64,000 nucleotides of DNA. It comes from Thermoplasmatota archaeon. Lineage in GTDB: Archaea > Thermoplasmatota > E2 > JACPAO01 > JAHFTW01. Below the pieces are notes generated by a model that had not been told where the DNA came from, made no database searches, and worked only from the letters and a program-made list of their open reading frames with translations. The position numbers and the translations under genes are program-made. The stretch lies in assembly GCA_041659985.1 (NCBI GenBank), contig JBAZXE010000001.1, positions 703-64,702 of the forward strand, written 5' to 3'. Shown piece after piece: positions 39,305 through 48,777 of this stretch; the stretch's first letter is position 1; every line of letters begins with the position of its first letter.

Positions 39305-40987
39305 TCATCCTGCGATGGTCCGGGCCTGCTCGCGGGTGAACTGCAGCAAGTAGTAGCGGCCACCCGCGCCATTGCCCGTCGAGCCGGAGTTCTTCCAGCC
39401 AACGAAGGCTTGGCCGTTGACGACGGCGGCGGTGGAGCCCCCAGCGGCGCGGTTCAGGTAGGTGACTCCGGCCTCGATGGTGTCGAAGAACTGTTTGGCC
39501 TCGGCGTCGTCCTCCGTGAACGTTCCGGCGGTGAGGCCGTACTCGACGGCGTTGGCCTGCTTGATGCCCTCAGCGTAGGACTTGACCTCGCCGACGGCGA
39601 CGAACGGCATGAAAAACTCCTCGCGGAAGACGCGGTGGTCCAATGGCAGGCCCCCGACGATGGTGGGGCGCACGTAGTTGCCCGCCAGGGCCTTGCCCTT
39701 GGCGTCCTTGGCGATGCGTACACCGCCAGCCAGGACCTTGCCATTGGATTTCTTGACGTCGGCGAGGACGGAGGCGAAGAACTCCGCCTTGCTCTCGTCG
39801 ATGACGGGGCCCATGTAGGACGTCTTCAGCCACGGCAGTCCGACCGTGGCGGCCTCGGTGAGCTTGACCAGGCGATCGGTGAACTCCTTGGCGACCTTCT
39901 TGTGAACGTAGACACGGCTGCAGGCGGAGCACTTCTGGCCCTGGAAGCCGAAGGCCGAGCGGAAGACGCCTTGCACGGCCTTGTCAAGATCGGCCTTGTC
40001 GGAGACGACGATGGCGTTCTTGCCACCCATCTCCGCGATCATCGGCTTGGGGCGGCCGTGTTCGGCGGCGGTCTGCCAGGCCATCATGCCGACCTTCTTG
40101 CTGCCGGTGAAGACCAGGCCGTCGACGTCGGGGCTGGTGAGCAGCTCGGTGCTGATGTCATGGTCGGCGGTGGTGAGGAAGTGCAGCGCGGAGTCGGGGA
40201 TGCCGGCCTTCTTGAGCAGCGAGAAGACCCACCAGCCGGACAGGCAGCCCTTGCCGGATGGCTTGAGGACGGCCGTGTTGCCTGTAATGAGGGCGGCGAC
40301 GGTCATACCGGCCGTGATGGCGATGGGGAAGTTGAACGGGCAGACGACGGCGAAGACGCCCCACGGCTTGCGGATGCTGCGGCACGACTCCGTCGGGACG
40401 GGTTTGCCCATCTCCATGTCGAAGCCGCCCATCTCGCGCATGGTGAGGGCGTAGAAGCGCAGGAAGTCGACGGCCTCGTCGACGTCGATGCTGGCCTCGT
40501 AACGCGTCTTGCCCGCCTCCAAGGACATGACGGCGCAGAGGTCGTAGAACGACTCCGTGAACAGATCGGCCGCCTTCTCGATGATGGCGACGCGGTCCTG
40601 CCACCGCGTGGCCGACCAGGCGGGGAAACCTTTCTTGGCGGCGGCGATGGCCTTGCGGGCGTCGGTCTTGGTGCCGGCAGCCCAGTGGCCGAGGCAGAGG
40701 TCATGCTCGGCGGGGCTCTTGGTGGCGAAGGTGGCCTTGGACTTCGGCGTGAGGCCATCGATGACCAGCGTGTGGACGTTGCCCTTCGGCTTGGACACGG
40801 AGGCGCGCACGCGGGCGACGGCCTCGTCGAACAACTGGTCAAACTCGGCCATCGTGCCGTTTTGCGTGTGGCGCCAGAAGGTGTTCTTGTTCTGGAACCG
40901 GTTGAAGCGGTCCTCGACGTGGGAGACCGTGGCGCGGTCCTTGCCGACGGTCACGGGATCCAGGGGAACGGACACCTGCTTGGCCAT
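39305..40987 (-). CDS. 1-pyrroline-5-carboxylate (glutamate gamma-semialdehyde) dehydrogenase, ALDH superfamily
   Basis: ALDH catalytic Cys (QGQKCSA) and Glu (EMGGKN) motifs. RocA/PutA-C-like length. Start trimmed to MAKQVSVPL (ORF track 39305..41182). Confidence 0.8.
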   Translation of the reverse strand: MAKQVSVPLDPVTVGKDRATVSHVEDRFNRFQNKNTFWRHTQNGTMAEFDQLFDEAVARVRASVSKPKGNVHTLVIDGLTPKSKATFATKSPAEHDLCLGHWAAGTKTDARKAIAAAKKGFPAWSATRWQDRVAIIEKAADLFTESFYDLCAVMSLEAGKTRYEASIDVDEAVDFLRFYALTMREMGGFDMEMGKPVPTESCRSIRKPWGVFAVVCPFNFPIAITAGMTVAALITGNTAVLKPSGKGCLSGWWVFSLLKKAGIPDSALHFLTTADHDISTELLTSPDVDGLVFTGSKKVGMMAWQTAAEHGRPKPMIAEMGGKNAIVVSDKADLDKAVQGVFRSAFGFQGQKCSACSRVYVHKKVAKEFTDRLVKLTEAATVGLPWLKTSYMGPVIDESKAEFFASVLADVKKSNGKVLAGGVRIAKDAKGKALAGNYVRPTIVGGLPLDHRVFREEFFMPFVAVGEVKSYAEGIKQANAVEYGLTAGTFTEDDAEAKQFFDTIEAGVTYLNRAAGGSTAAVVNGQAFVGWKNSGSTGNGAGGRYYLLQFTREQARTIAG

Positions 40988-41086
40988 GGCCTGCGCCACA
41001 GGCCGCCTCCTGATAACGGCTATTGCGCGGACGTGCGGGGCGGAAAAGGGCTCAAGACCCCCCGGTCGGATGGCCGAGGGAGCCGC

Positions 41087-41578
41087 ATGACCACGCAGCC
41101 CACCCCGACTTCCTGGCAGACGACATCCCCGCCGGGCACGACGCCCTTGGCAACGCAGCAGACCAACCCGATGGCTGGCCATGTCAAGGCCATCGCCGTC
41201 ATCAACCTGGTCTATGCCGGCCTAACCTTCCTGTCGGCCTTGGGCGTCATCTTCGCCTTCGGCATCGGCGCGACAGCCGTCGATGCGTCGGAGCAGTATG
41301 GGGCCCCCAGCTGGGTCGCCAACATGCTAGGCGCCATGGCGTTCATCTTCGGGGCCATCTTCGTCGCCGTCGCGGTTCTCTACCTCATGGCGGGCCTGCG
41401 CCTGATGTCGTTCCGCCGTTCCGGCAAGGGCCTAGGCATCTTCTCCGCCGTGATGCAGCTCATCGTCGGCCTGTTCACGGTCATGGGCGGCATCGGCATC
41501 ATCCCCTTGGGCACCGGGGTCTACTCCCTGGTCATCCTGATGCGCAGCGACACCGACCAACTCCTCGCGAGCCCCTAG
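41087..41578 (+). CDS. DUF4064-like small membrane protein
   Basis: Internal Met of long spurious ORF 38984..41578. Thr/Pro-rich N-terminus, 4 TM. Confidence 0.5.
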   Translation: MTTQPTPTSWQTTSPPGTTPLATQQTNPMAGHVKAIAVINLVYAGLTFLSALGVIFAFGIGATAVDASEQYGAPSWVANMLGAMAFIFGAIFVAVAVLYLMAGLRLMSFRRSGKGLGIFSAVMQLIVGLFTVMGGIGIIPLGTGVYSLVILMRSDTDQLLASP

Positions 41579-41586
41579 GTGTCCCA

Positions 41587-42114
41587 ATGAAAACCCTCGT
41601 CGACCAGATGTCCATGTACGCCGCTTACCACAAGGACGCCACGAACAAGGCCATCCACTTCGTCTTCGTCCCCCTCATCATCTGGTCCGCCATGGGCCTC
41701 CTGGTCCAGATCGGCTCGTGGCCGCTTGGAGCCATGGAGATCACGGTCGCGCATCTCATCGCGGTCGTTCTCCTCGCCTACTACCTCTACCTGGACTTCC
41801 CGCTCGGCGTCGCGATGGTGTTCCTCTTCACCGTCATGCTGGTCACCGTCTTGCAGGTCCAGACCGCCCTCGGCCCCGACGCCTGGATGCTGTTCCTCGC
41901 CGTCTTCGCCGGGTCCTGGATCGCCCAGCTGGTCGGGCACGCCGCGTTCGAGCACCGCAAGCCCGCCCTGGCCGACAACCTGTTCCAGGTCTTCGTGGCC
42001 CCCATCTTCGTGATGGCCGAGTGGGCCTTCACGCTCGGCCTGCGCCGCCAGCTACGCGACGAAGTCGAGCGGGGGATGGTCCAGTACCTGCCCGGGGCCA
42101 AGACCGCGGCCTAG
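41587..42114 (+). CDS. DUF962 (Mpo1/YGL010w-like) membrane protein
   Basis: Internal Met MKTLVDQMSMYAAYHKDATNKAIHFVFVPLI, a characteristic N-terminus with His residues. Confidence 0.6.
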   Translation: MKTLVDQMSMYAAYHKDATNKAIHFVFVPLIIWSAMGLLVQIGSWPLGAMEITVAHLIAVVLLAYYLYLDFPLGVAMVFLFTVMLVTVLQVQTALGPDAWMLFLAVFAGSWIAQLVGHAAFEHRKPALADNLFQVFVAPIFVMAEWAFTLGLRRQLRDEVERGMVQYLPGAKTAA

Positions 42115-42842
42115 GCCACCGACGCGTAGCGTTAAGCGCAGCCTCCTCGTGGGGAGTTTGCCCCGATGACGAGGTTATCCCAGGAGGAGGGATTGATATC
42201 CCCAAATGACTGGAAGCTCAACGCGGAGGGGCAATCGGACTTCCAAGAGGAAGTCCGATTGAGCGAGCACCGAAGGTGCGAGCGGACCCGAGTGCCGAAG
42301 GCACGAGGGGTCTGACAGAATCCGATTGAGCAAGCGAACGAAGTGAGCGAGCGGACCCGAGTGCCAAAGCACGAGGGGCTTGACCGGATTCCGTCAAGCA
42401 TGGAACCGAACACCAGACCGGCAACACCCGCCAGCCGTGAAGGAGCACGGCGACGGCGCATTGAAGCGCCATCGGCATGCGCCTTGGGTCATTCGCGCGG
42501 AACTCCGGTTGAATGGCAGACACCGCCACGAACCGTGGCCTATCCACAACGGCGACGCGAAGACATTGGATTCGATCCGTCACCAATTCAGCAATCTGCG
42601 CGGCTGATTTCCAGGAGGAAATGTGAATGCGCATGCATTGCCGCTGCCAACGCGACCGTTCGGCGTTGCGAGTTCGCGATGACGCGTTCTAACGACTCGC
42701 CCGTCACCGTTTCACTCCCCCCACATGCACATTCTTGACCATCGCTCGATGCGCCGACGACCTCGCCTTCGCGTGCAAGAATCAACACGGAAGGCTTTAG
42801 TTCGATTTCGAGAGTTAACGTGCAGAAAGGGGGTGACCTGAC
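42115..42842 (+). ncRNA. Approximately 730-nt structured noncoding region (candidate ncRNA / long leader), lower GC, with perfect 10-bp hairpin and two tandem approximately 68-nt repeats
   Basis: No credible ORF. Hairpin TCGGACTTCC-AAGA-GGAAGTCCGA (42235..42258). Repeats 42254..42320 and 42321..42388, about 85 percent identical, each with GAAG/CAAA-loop mini-hairpins. CCTCCTC...GAGGAGG long-range pairing at 42133..42191. Strand not determined. Confidence 0.4.
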
Positions 42843-42923
42843 ATGGCTGCCAAGAAGGCTGCACGCAAGACGTCCAAGAAGACGTCGAAGAAGAAGGGAA
42901 AGAAGTCGTCGAAGAAGAAGTAA
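42843..42923 (+). CDS. 26-aa Lys/Ser-rich mini-protein (MAAKKAARKTSKKTSKKKGKKSSKKK)
   Basis: Strong SD AAAGGGGGTGA 5 nt upstream of ATG. Followed by TCCGGA-AA-TCCGGA and a T-rich terminator-like tract. Not in ORF track (under 60 aa). Confidence 0.45.
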   Translation: MAAKKAARKTSKKTSKKKGKKSSKKK

Positions 42924-43153
42924 TCCGGAAATCCGGATTCACTTCGACTTGATCTTCTCCTCCTTTTTCCTCGGCTTTTTTTGGCGCGCGGCGCCGCGTG
43001 ACGCGGAATCACCCGTGCTGCGCAACCGCTCGGGCCTTCGCCCTCGCGTCCGCTCGTCGCTTCGCTCCTGGCTGAGGCCGAACCCCATGTTTTCGCGGGG
43101 GTTCAGCCTCAGGTTCACCCCTTAAATCACAGAAGGCATCGGCGCGACCTGGA

Positions 43154-44161
43154 ATGAGCCGCAACCTGGATCTGGCTGAGCTTCGCTGGGGCACCGACCT
43201 CGTCAAGCGCGGCTTTGCCAAGATGCAGAAAGGCGGCGTCGTCATGGACGTCACCAACGACGCCCAGGCTGCCATCGCCGAGGAGGCCGGCGCCGTCGCC
43301 GTCATGGCCCTCGAGCGCGTGCCCGCCGACATCCGCGCCCAAGGCGGCGTGTCGCGCATGAGCGACCCCACGATGATCCAGAAGATCATCGACTCCGTCT
43401 CCATCCCCGTCATGGCCAAGTGCCGCATCGGCCACTTCGCCGAGGCGCAGATCCTGCAGTCCCTCGGCGTCGACATGATCGACGAGTCCGAGGTCCTCAC
43501 CCCTGCTGACCCGTTCTTCCACGTCATCAAGAAGGACTTCACCGTCCCCTTCGTCTGCGGCACCACCAAACTCGGTGAAGCGGTTCGCCGCATCGCCGAG
43601 GGCGCCGCCATGATCCGCACCAAGGGCGAGGCCGGCACCGGCGACATCGTCTCCGCCATGCGCCACCGCCGCACCGTCACGCGCGGCATCCAGATGGTGC
43701 GCGAAATGGGCGACTCCGACCTCGACAACCTCGCCGAGGTCTTCGTGGCGCGTTACGACCAGCTCAACCAGGCCGTCCTCGAGGACATGGAGGTCGAAGA
43801 GGCCGATTTGTCCGGCGCCTACGACATGATGGAGTACGAGGACCTCACCGGCGCCATTCGTGATGTCCTCTCCGATGTGCGCCGTCTCGGCCGCCTGCCC
43901 GTCGTCGACTTCACCGCCGGTGGCATCGCAACCCCCGCAGACGCAGCACTCATGATGCAGATGGGCTCCGACGGCGTCTTCGTCGGCTCAGGCATCTTCA
44001 AGTCCGGCAATCCCGCCAAGCGGGCCAAAGCCATCGTCGAGGCGACGACGCACTTCGACGACGCCGCCCTCGTGGGCGAAGTCAGCAAGGACCTCGGCGA
44101 ACCCATGGTCGGCCGCAACTTCGAAGAGTTGACGACGAAGCTGGCGGAACGGGGCTGGTAG
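43154..44161 (+). CDS. pdxS: Pyridoxal 5'-phosphate synthase lyase subunit PdxS
   Basis: [17 protein letters not shown], Schiff-base Lys region, GEAGTGD. Full-length 335 aa. Confidence 0.95.
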   Translation: MSRNLDLAELRWGTDLVKRGFAKMQKGGVVMDVTNDAQAAIAEEAGAVAVMALERVPADIRAQGGVSRMSDPTMIQKIIDSVSIPVMAKCRIGHFAEAQILQSLGVDMIDESEVLTPADPFFHVIKKDFTVPFVCGTTKLGEAVRRIAEGAAMIRTKGEAGTGDIVSAMRHRRTVTRGIQMVREMGDSDLDNLAEVFVARYDQLNQAVLEDMEVEEADLSGAYDMMEYEDLTGAIRDVLSDVRRLGRLPVVDFTAGGIATPADAALMMQMGSDGVFVGSGIFKSGNPAKRAKAIVEATTHFDDAALVGEVSKDLGEPMVGRNFEELTTKLAERGW

Positions 44162-44248
44162 TTCCGTCGTTTTCCCGGTGTGGGCAAACGCCCATTCCGC
44201 GGAATCCTTGGAAAACGCGGATTCTGCGCAATCTGCGTTCCGCGGGGC

Positions 44249-45406
44249 TCACCGACGCCGAATCAACGCGACGGCAAGAATCGCCAGGGCCAAAACCGGC
44301 CCAATCCCCGGTGTGTCCTTGCCGGCGTCGGGCTCCTCAATCGGGGCGGCCTCCTCGAACGGCGTGGCCGATGCGTTGGACGACGCCCCGCCGGTTGCCG
44401 CAGCCCCCGCTTCGTCGAAGCCAACGTCAAACGTCCATACCTTGCCTGCCGGCGGCGCCCCGGCCTGGCCCAGCGCAAGGCCGGTGACGCCCGTCCCGCC
44501 GAACGTCGTGACGAACAGCTTGCCCCCATGCGGCCCGAAGCCGTGCGCGATGCGGACGGAACTCGGCTCCTCCAGCCCAGAGGCCAAGACACAGGCCGAA
44601 CCCGTGGCCGGGTCGAGGCGCAGCAGTTCGCCGCTCAGGTGGGCGGCAATGTAGAGCAGGCCATCAGGACCGAGGGTGAGGTCATCGAGACCCTTGGGCA
44701 CAGGGTAGCTGGGGTCGCCTTCGGGGTCATGGTAACCCGGCGCGAGATTGGCGATGCCGTACGAGAGGTAGGCGACCACCTCGACTTTCGCCGGATCCGT
44801 CGTCGAGAGGCGAAGCACGGGTGAGGCCTGGTCAGCCGGGACGACGGTGTAGAGGGCATCCGAGGCGGGGTCGTAGACGAGACCGTCGGGCCCGTACACG
44901 TCTGACCACGGTTTCCAATTGGTCGGGTCCGCGGCCGGGACGCGTACCAAGTCAGGGGGCTGCTCCGGCGGAGCGATGTTGTCGTCGGAGACGTACAGGT
45001 TCCCCGCCCCGTCGAAGGCCATGCCGTTGTACACGGGCAGGCCCCTTGCGTACACCTCGAAGGAGGTGGCCGAGGCGTCCGTCGAGCGCTGGATGTCGTT
45101 GGCGTCCCCAGCCGTCACCGCCGCGTAGAGTCGGTCGTCCGGGCCCCAGACGATACCGTGCGCATCGAGGGCAATCGTTCCCGCCAGCGTCCCATCCGGC
45201 GATACGCGCAGGATGCGGTCCCCTCCGGCGTCGCTGAGGTACAGGCTTCCATTGCCGTCGAACGCGAGGTTTTCCAGGGAGGATTCGTTCTCGAAGAATA
45301 AGGTGGGCTGCGGCGCGTCTGCGCAGGCGTCCTGTGTGCCTTGGGCCATGGCAGGCGGTGAGAGGAACGACGCCAGGAGCAGGACCGTCGCGGCGAGGCG
45401 GAGCAC
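44249..45406 (-). CDS. Secreted six-bladed beta-propeller (SMP-30/gluconolactonase/NHL-like) protein with PGF-CTERM-like anchor
   Basis: Repeated YxxD / DGxLY blade motifs. C-terminus DTPGIGPVLALAILAVALIRRR. Start set at in-frame GTG 45406 before the signal peptide, since the ORF-track start overlaps the DMT gene. Confidence 0.55.
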   Translation of the reverse strand: MLRLAATVLLLASFLSPPAMAQGTQDACADAPQPTLFFENESSLENLAFDGNGSLYLSDAGGDRILRVSPDGTLAGTIALDAHGIVWGPDDRLYAAVTAGDANDIQRSTDASATSFEVYARGLPVYNGMAFDGAGNLYVSDDNIAPPEQPPDLVRVPAADPTNWKPWSDVYGPDGLVYDPASDALYTVVPADQASPVLRLSTTDPAKVEVVAYLSYGIANLAPGYHDPEGDPSYPVPKGLDDLTLGPDGLLYIAAHLSGELLRLDPATGSACVLASGLEEPSSVRIAHGFGPHGGKLFVTTFGGTGVTGLALGQAGAPPAGKVWTFDVGFDEAGAAATGGASSNASATPFEEAAPIEEPDAGKDTPGIGPVLALAILAVALIRRR

Positions 45407-45446
45407 GGGGTCGCAGCCGACCGACGTCGCTTCAGGCTTGCGCTCG

Positions 45447-46349
45447 CTATTCCACGACGGTCTGGCCTTCCAGGACCTTGGGTCTGCGCATCGCGACGAG
45501 CCAGACGCCGGCAAACACCAAAGCAGCCGCCGGGAGGACCTTCCACTCCAGTCTGGAGCCGAGGATGAAGTAGGCCGCGATGGCCGTGAAGATGGGCTGA
45601 ACATAGGTGAAGATGGCCACAGTGGAGGCTGGCACATGGCGCAGCACGCGCGTGCTCAGGACATAGGTGAGCACCGTGGCACCGAGGATGATGTAGAGCA
45701 TCCAGCCCATGGCCTCCTGCGAGGCGCCGGCCAGTTGGCCCCGCAGGCCGAACAGCAGCCCGAGCGGAAGGAAGACGATGGCGCCGACGACGAACATCCA
45801 CGTCGTGAGGCTGAGGGCGTCGTATTTCTGCGTCATCGGGCGCGCCAGCACCAAGAAGGCCGAGTAGCAGAGGCAGTTGAGCATCACGAGGAAGTCGCCG
45901 AGGGCGCCCTTCGGGCTGACTTGGTAACTCGAGCCAATGAGGTAGACGACCCCGGCCAGCGCGACGGCGATGCCGATGGCCCTCTGCGGCCCCAGAGTCT
46001 CCTTGCCCATGAGGACTGCCAGACCGTACGTGAAGACCGGAATCGTCGTGATGACGAGGACGGCGTTGACGGCGGTGGTGAACTTGAGGCCGACGATGAA
46101 GAGGCCCATGTTCAGCACGACGCCGAGAAGGGACAGCAGCAGCACCCGCTTCCATTCCGTGCGGATCGGGATGGCGTCCTTGACGAGGAACAGGTGCAGG
46201 ATCAACAGGAAAAACGCTGCCCCCGCCAGGCGCAGGCCCAATACGGGGAAGGCGTCAAGGTCAACGAAGACCTTCTTGGCGGCGACGGGAAAGAGGCCGA
46301 AGAGAAGCTGCACCACCAGGAGGGTGAGAGGGTGCTTGGCCTTCTCCAT
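45447..46349 (-). CDS. EamA/DMT-family transporter
   Basis: 10 TM, duplicated EamA halves. Confidence 0.8.
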   Translation of the reverse strand: MEKAKHPLTLLVVQLLFGLFPVAAKKVFVDLDAFPVLGLRLAGAAFFLLILHLFLVKDAIPIRTEWKRVLLLSLLGVVLNMGLFIVGLKFTTAVNAVLVITTIPVFTYGLAVLMGKETLGPQRAIGIAVALAGVVYLIGSSYQVSPKGALGDFLVMLNCLCYSAFLVLARPMTQKYDALSLTTWMFVVGAIVFLPLGLLFGLRGQLAGASQEAMGWMLYIILGATVLTYVLSTRVLRHVPASTVAIFTYVQPIFTAIAAYFILGSRLEWKVLPAAALVFAGVWLVAMRRPKVLEGQTVVE

Positions 46350-46467
46350 GAGGCGCCGACGGAGGTGGGCGCTTCAAACATATGGGTCCTGGAAGGAGCG
46401 CGCGCGGTTCGCGGCTGGATTGGCGCGGCTCCGAAACGCTGATGCCTGGGGCCGGGTGGTCGTGGGC

Positions 46468-47487
46468 ATGCACAAGGCCTCCGCTCTTCTCGCCGTCCTG
46501 CTGGTTGCCGGCTGTCTCGGGGGTGGCCCAACGCAGGGCAAGGCCGAGGCCGCCATCGCCGACTGCCGCGATGACCTGCCGACGCAGCACCAATTCTACT
46601 TCGGCCCGGCCATGGGGCTCCAGCCCGAACTGCCACCCAGCGGCTACGCTCCCGGGAACTCGTTCAGCAGCGGCTTCCTCACCAACGACTTGAAGGAGTG
46701 GCTGTCGGAGCCGCAGGCCGAGGGCCTCTGGCTGGTGGGCAACGTCACCATCGAATACTGGGTTCGCAGCACGGGCACTCCTGCCCCGCTCATCATCGGG
46801 GGCCCGACCGGCGAGGGATACCATTTCTTCAACCAGTTCGGCAGCGACCGCACGTTCCAGCCGGCCTACGCTGTCGAGTACTCCGACGCCGTACCGCAGG
46901 AGGGCACCATCGACCACTACGTCGAGAACCTGACCTTGGCGCCGGGCGGCTTCGTCGCCGAATCGGGCGACCGCTTCCGCCTCCTCCTCACCGACTTGGC
47001 CCTCGACGGCGCCAACGGCGGCGGGCACGATGTTCTGTTCGGCGCAGACCACCCCAGCCGGCTGACGTTCACCGCCAAGTGCTGGCCGGCGCTTGTTTGG
47101 CAGCCCGATGAGCTGCTCCTGGACGAGGCTGTGAGCCTGCCCGCCAACCAGGGTCTGCTGACCGGCCAAGTTCCGCCCAGCGACGCCAACCGCATGCAGT
47201 TCCAACTCACGCTGCCGCCAGGCACGGGCCGCCTCAACGTGCAGCTGCGCCAAACCAACGACCTGAACCCGGTCAAGGATGACATCGACATCACGCTCCT
47301 CGACCGCTCGGGCCAGCCGGCCTGGTCCATCGGCAGCCCGTACTCGGACGAGTCGGGCACCCTCTGGCTCGACAATCTCGAGGCCGCGTTCCCCAGCGGC
47401 GAGCTCACCGTCCAGGTGGACAGCTATTCCGGCGTGGGTTACACGGGCCAACTCACCGTGACGCGCAACATCGCCTTCGCTGAGTAG
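46468..47487 (+). CDS. Hypothetical secreted lipoprotein
   Basis: Internal Met of ORF 45970..47487. Lipobox VAGC. Beta-rich. Confidence 0.55.
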   Translation: MHKASALLAVLLVAGCLGGGPTQGKAEAAIADCRDDLPTQHQFYFGPAMGLQPELPPSGYAPGNSFSSGFLTNDLKEWLSEPQAEGLWLVGNVTIEYWVRSTGTPAPLIIGGPTGEGYHFFNQFGSDRTFQPAYAVEYSDAVPQEGTIDHYVENLTLAPGGFVAESGDRFRLLLTDLALDGANGGGHDVLFGADHPSRLTFTAKCWPALVWQPDELLLDEAVSLPANQGLLTGQVPPSDANRMQFQLTLPPGTGRLNVQLRQTNDLNPVKDDIDITLLDRSGQPAWSIGSPYSDESGTLWLDNLEAAFPSGELTVQVDSYSGVGYTGQLTVTRNIAFAE

Positions 47488-47531
47488 CGCCGCGAGCAGG
47501 GCTTATCCGGCCGGCTTCAGTCGCCATCGTC

Positions 47532-48173
47532 GTGCCCAAGTCCGGCCAGCCGGCGCCAATCCGCGTCGGCGTGCTTGCGGTGCAGGGAGCCGTCAGCGAG
47601 CACCTTGACGCCTTGCGCCGTGCAGCGACCAAGCGCGGCTGGGACGTCGAGGCCGTCGCCGTGCGCACGCCCGCGGACCTCGCGTCCGTTCACGGCCTCA
47701 TTCTTCCCGGCGGGGAGTCGACGACGATTAGTCGTCTTCTTCGCTCCGGCCACCTGCAGGACTCCGTCGTCGAGCGCGCCAAGTCAGGCGACCTCGCCCT
47801 CTTCGGCACTTGCGCCGGCCTCATCCTGCTGTCCTCGAAGGCCGTCCACGACGTCGTGGACAAAGACATCCAACTCCTCGGCCTGCTCGACGCCGAAGTG
47901 GACCGCAACGCCTTCGGGCGGCAGAAGGACTCGTTCGAAGCCGCCCTCACCGTGGAGGGATTGGGCAAGATTCCCGCCGTGTTCATCCGGGCCCCGGTCC
48001 TGACGAAAACCTGGGCGCCGACCGAGGTCCTGGCGCAGAATGAGCGCGGCATCGTCGCGGTGCGCAAGGGCCGCATCCTCGGCACGGCGTTCCACCCGGA
48101 GTTGACCGACGACACGCGGTTGCACGAGTGGTTCATCGAACTGGCGGAGCAGGCATCGCGCGCCGCCCACTGA
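47532..48173 (+). CDS. pdxT: Pyridoxal 5'-phosphate synthase glutaminase subunit PdxT
   Basis: Class I glutamine amidotransferase triad (GTCAGLILL, FHPE). About 200 aa. Confidence 0.9.
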   Translation: MPKSGQPAPIRVGVLAVQGAVSEHLDALRRAATKRGWDVEAVAVRTPADLASVHGLILPGGESTTISRLLRSGHLQDSVVERAKSGDLALFGTCAGLILLSSKAVHDVVDKDIQLLGLLDAEVDRNAFGRQKDSFEAALTVEGLGKIPAVFIRAPVLTKTWAPTEVLAQNERGIVAVRKGRILGTAFHPELTDDTRLHEWFIELAEQASRAAH

Positions 48174-48241
48174 ACCGCGCGGAACCTGCGGACGAACTCG
48201 GAAAGAATCCGTGCGATTCCGCGTAATCCGTGGTTTGGTCG

Positions 48242-48691
48242 TCAACCGCCGTGACGGGCTTCCCGGAGAAGCGTCTCCAGATGGTCCACCGACTTGCGAT
48301 AGTTTTCGATGGCGAGCTGGAAGTGCGCCTCTGCGAAGGTCCACGCTTTGCCGAGGTCTCCGTAGCGCACGCGGAAGGCGCGGCGGCGGTCGCCGTCGGG
48401 GCCAGGCTCGCCGATGTAGAGGTCCTCGATGATGTCGAGTTCCTTCAGCTTGTTCAGGTGGCGGTAGATGGACGGCATCGTCGTCTCGCACGTCGTGGCC
48501 AATTCCTCGACGGTCCATTCCTTCGTCGGGTGGAGGAGGAAGCAGTCGAAGAACACCTTGAACGAAATGCCGTGGTCGGGACCCTTGCGGGCCGTGTAGC
48601 CAATCATCGAAAACAGCGCCTTCGCCAGGCGCCGGGGGTCGGTCTCCCCGGTGAGCGGGGCGTGGCTGACGACCTGCATCTCGAAGGCCAT
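48242..48691 (-). CDS. Winged-helix transcriptional regulator
   Basis: TVEELATTCETTMPSIYRHLNKLKELDII wHTH. Start trimmed to MAFEMQVV. Confidence 0.55.
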   Translation of the reverse strand: MAFEMQVVSHAPLTGETDPRRLAKALFSMIGYTARKGPDHGISFKVFFDCFLLHPTKEWTVEELATTCETTMPSIYRHLNKLKELDIIEDLYIGEPGPDGDRRRAFRVRYGDLGKAWTFAEAHFQLAIENYRKSVDHLETLLREARHGG

Positions 48692-48777
48692 GCCCCATCG
48701 AGGCCCGGGAGGCTCAAGCGTCTTTCGTTCCGATTTGCGCATTGGCCGTTATGGCCAGGAGGGTGAACCCGGCGAAC

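Noticed and set aside
38984-41578. 864-aa plus-strand ORF
   Set aside because: Antisense to the well-supported P5C dehydrogenase gene. Gly/Ala/Arg/Asp-rich low-complexity translation typical of spurious ORFs in high-GC DNA. Only its 3' part (DUF4064 protein from 41087) is kept.
42232-42345. Possible RNase P RNA P4 elements (GGAAGUCCG... and ACAGAAUCCG...)
   Set aside because: The two segments are the same-orientation starts of the two tandem repeat copies, about 70 nt apart. They cannot pair as a P4 pseudoknot. The spacing is far from the roughly 250-300 nt of RNase P RNA.
42250-42390. CRISPR array
   Set aside because: Only two imperfect tandem copies, no spacer-repeat alternation, no cas genes.
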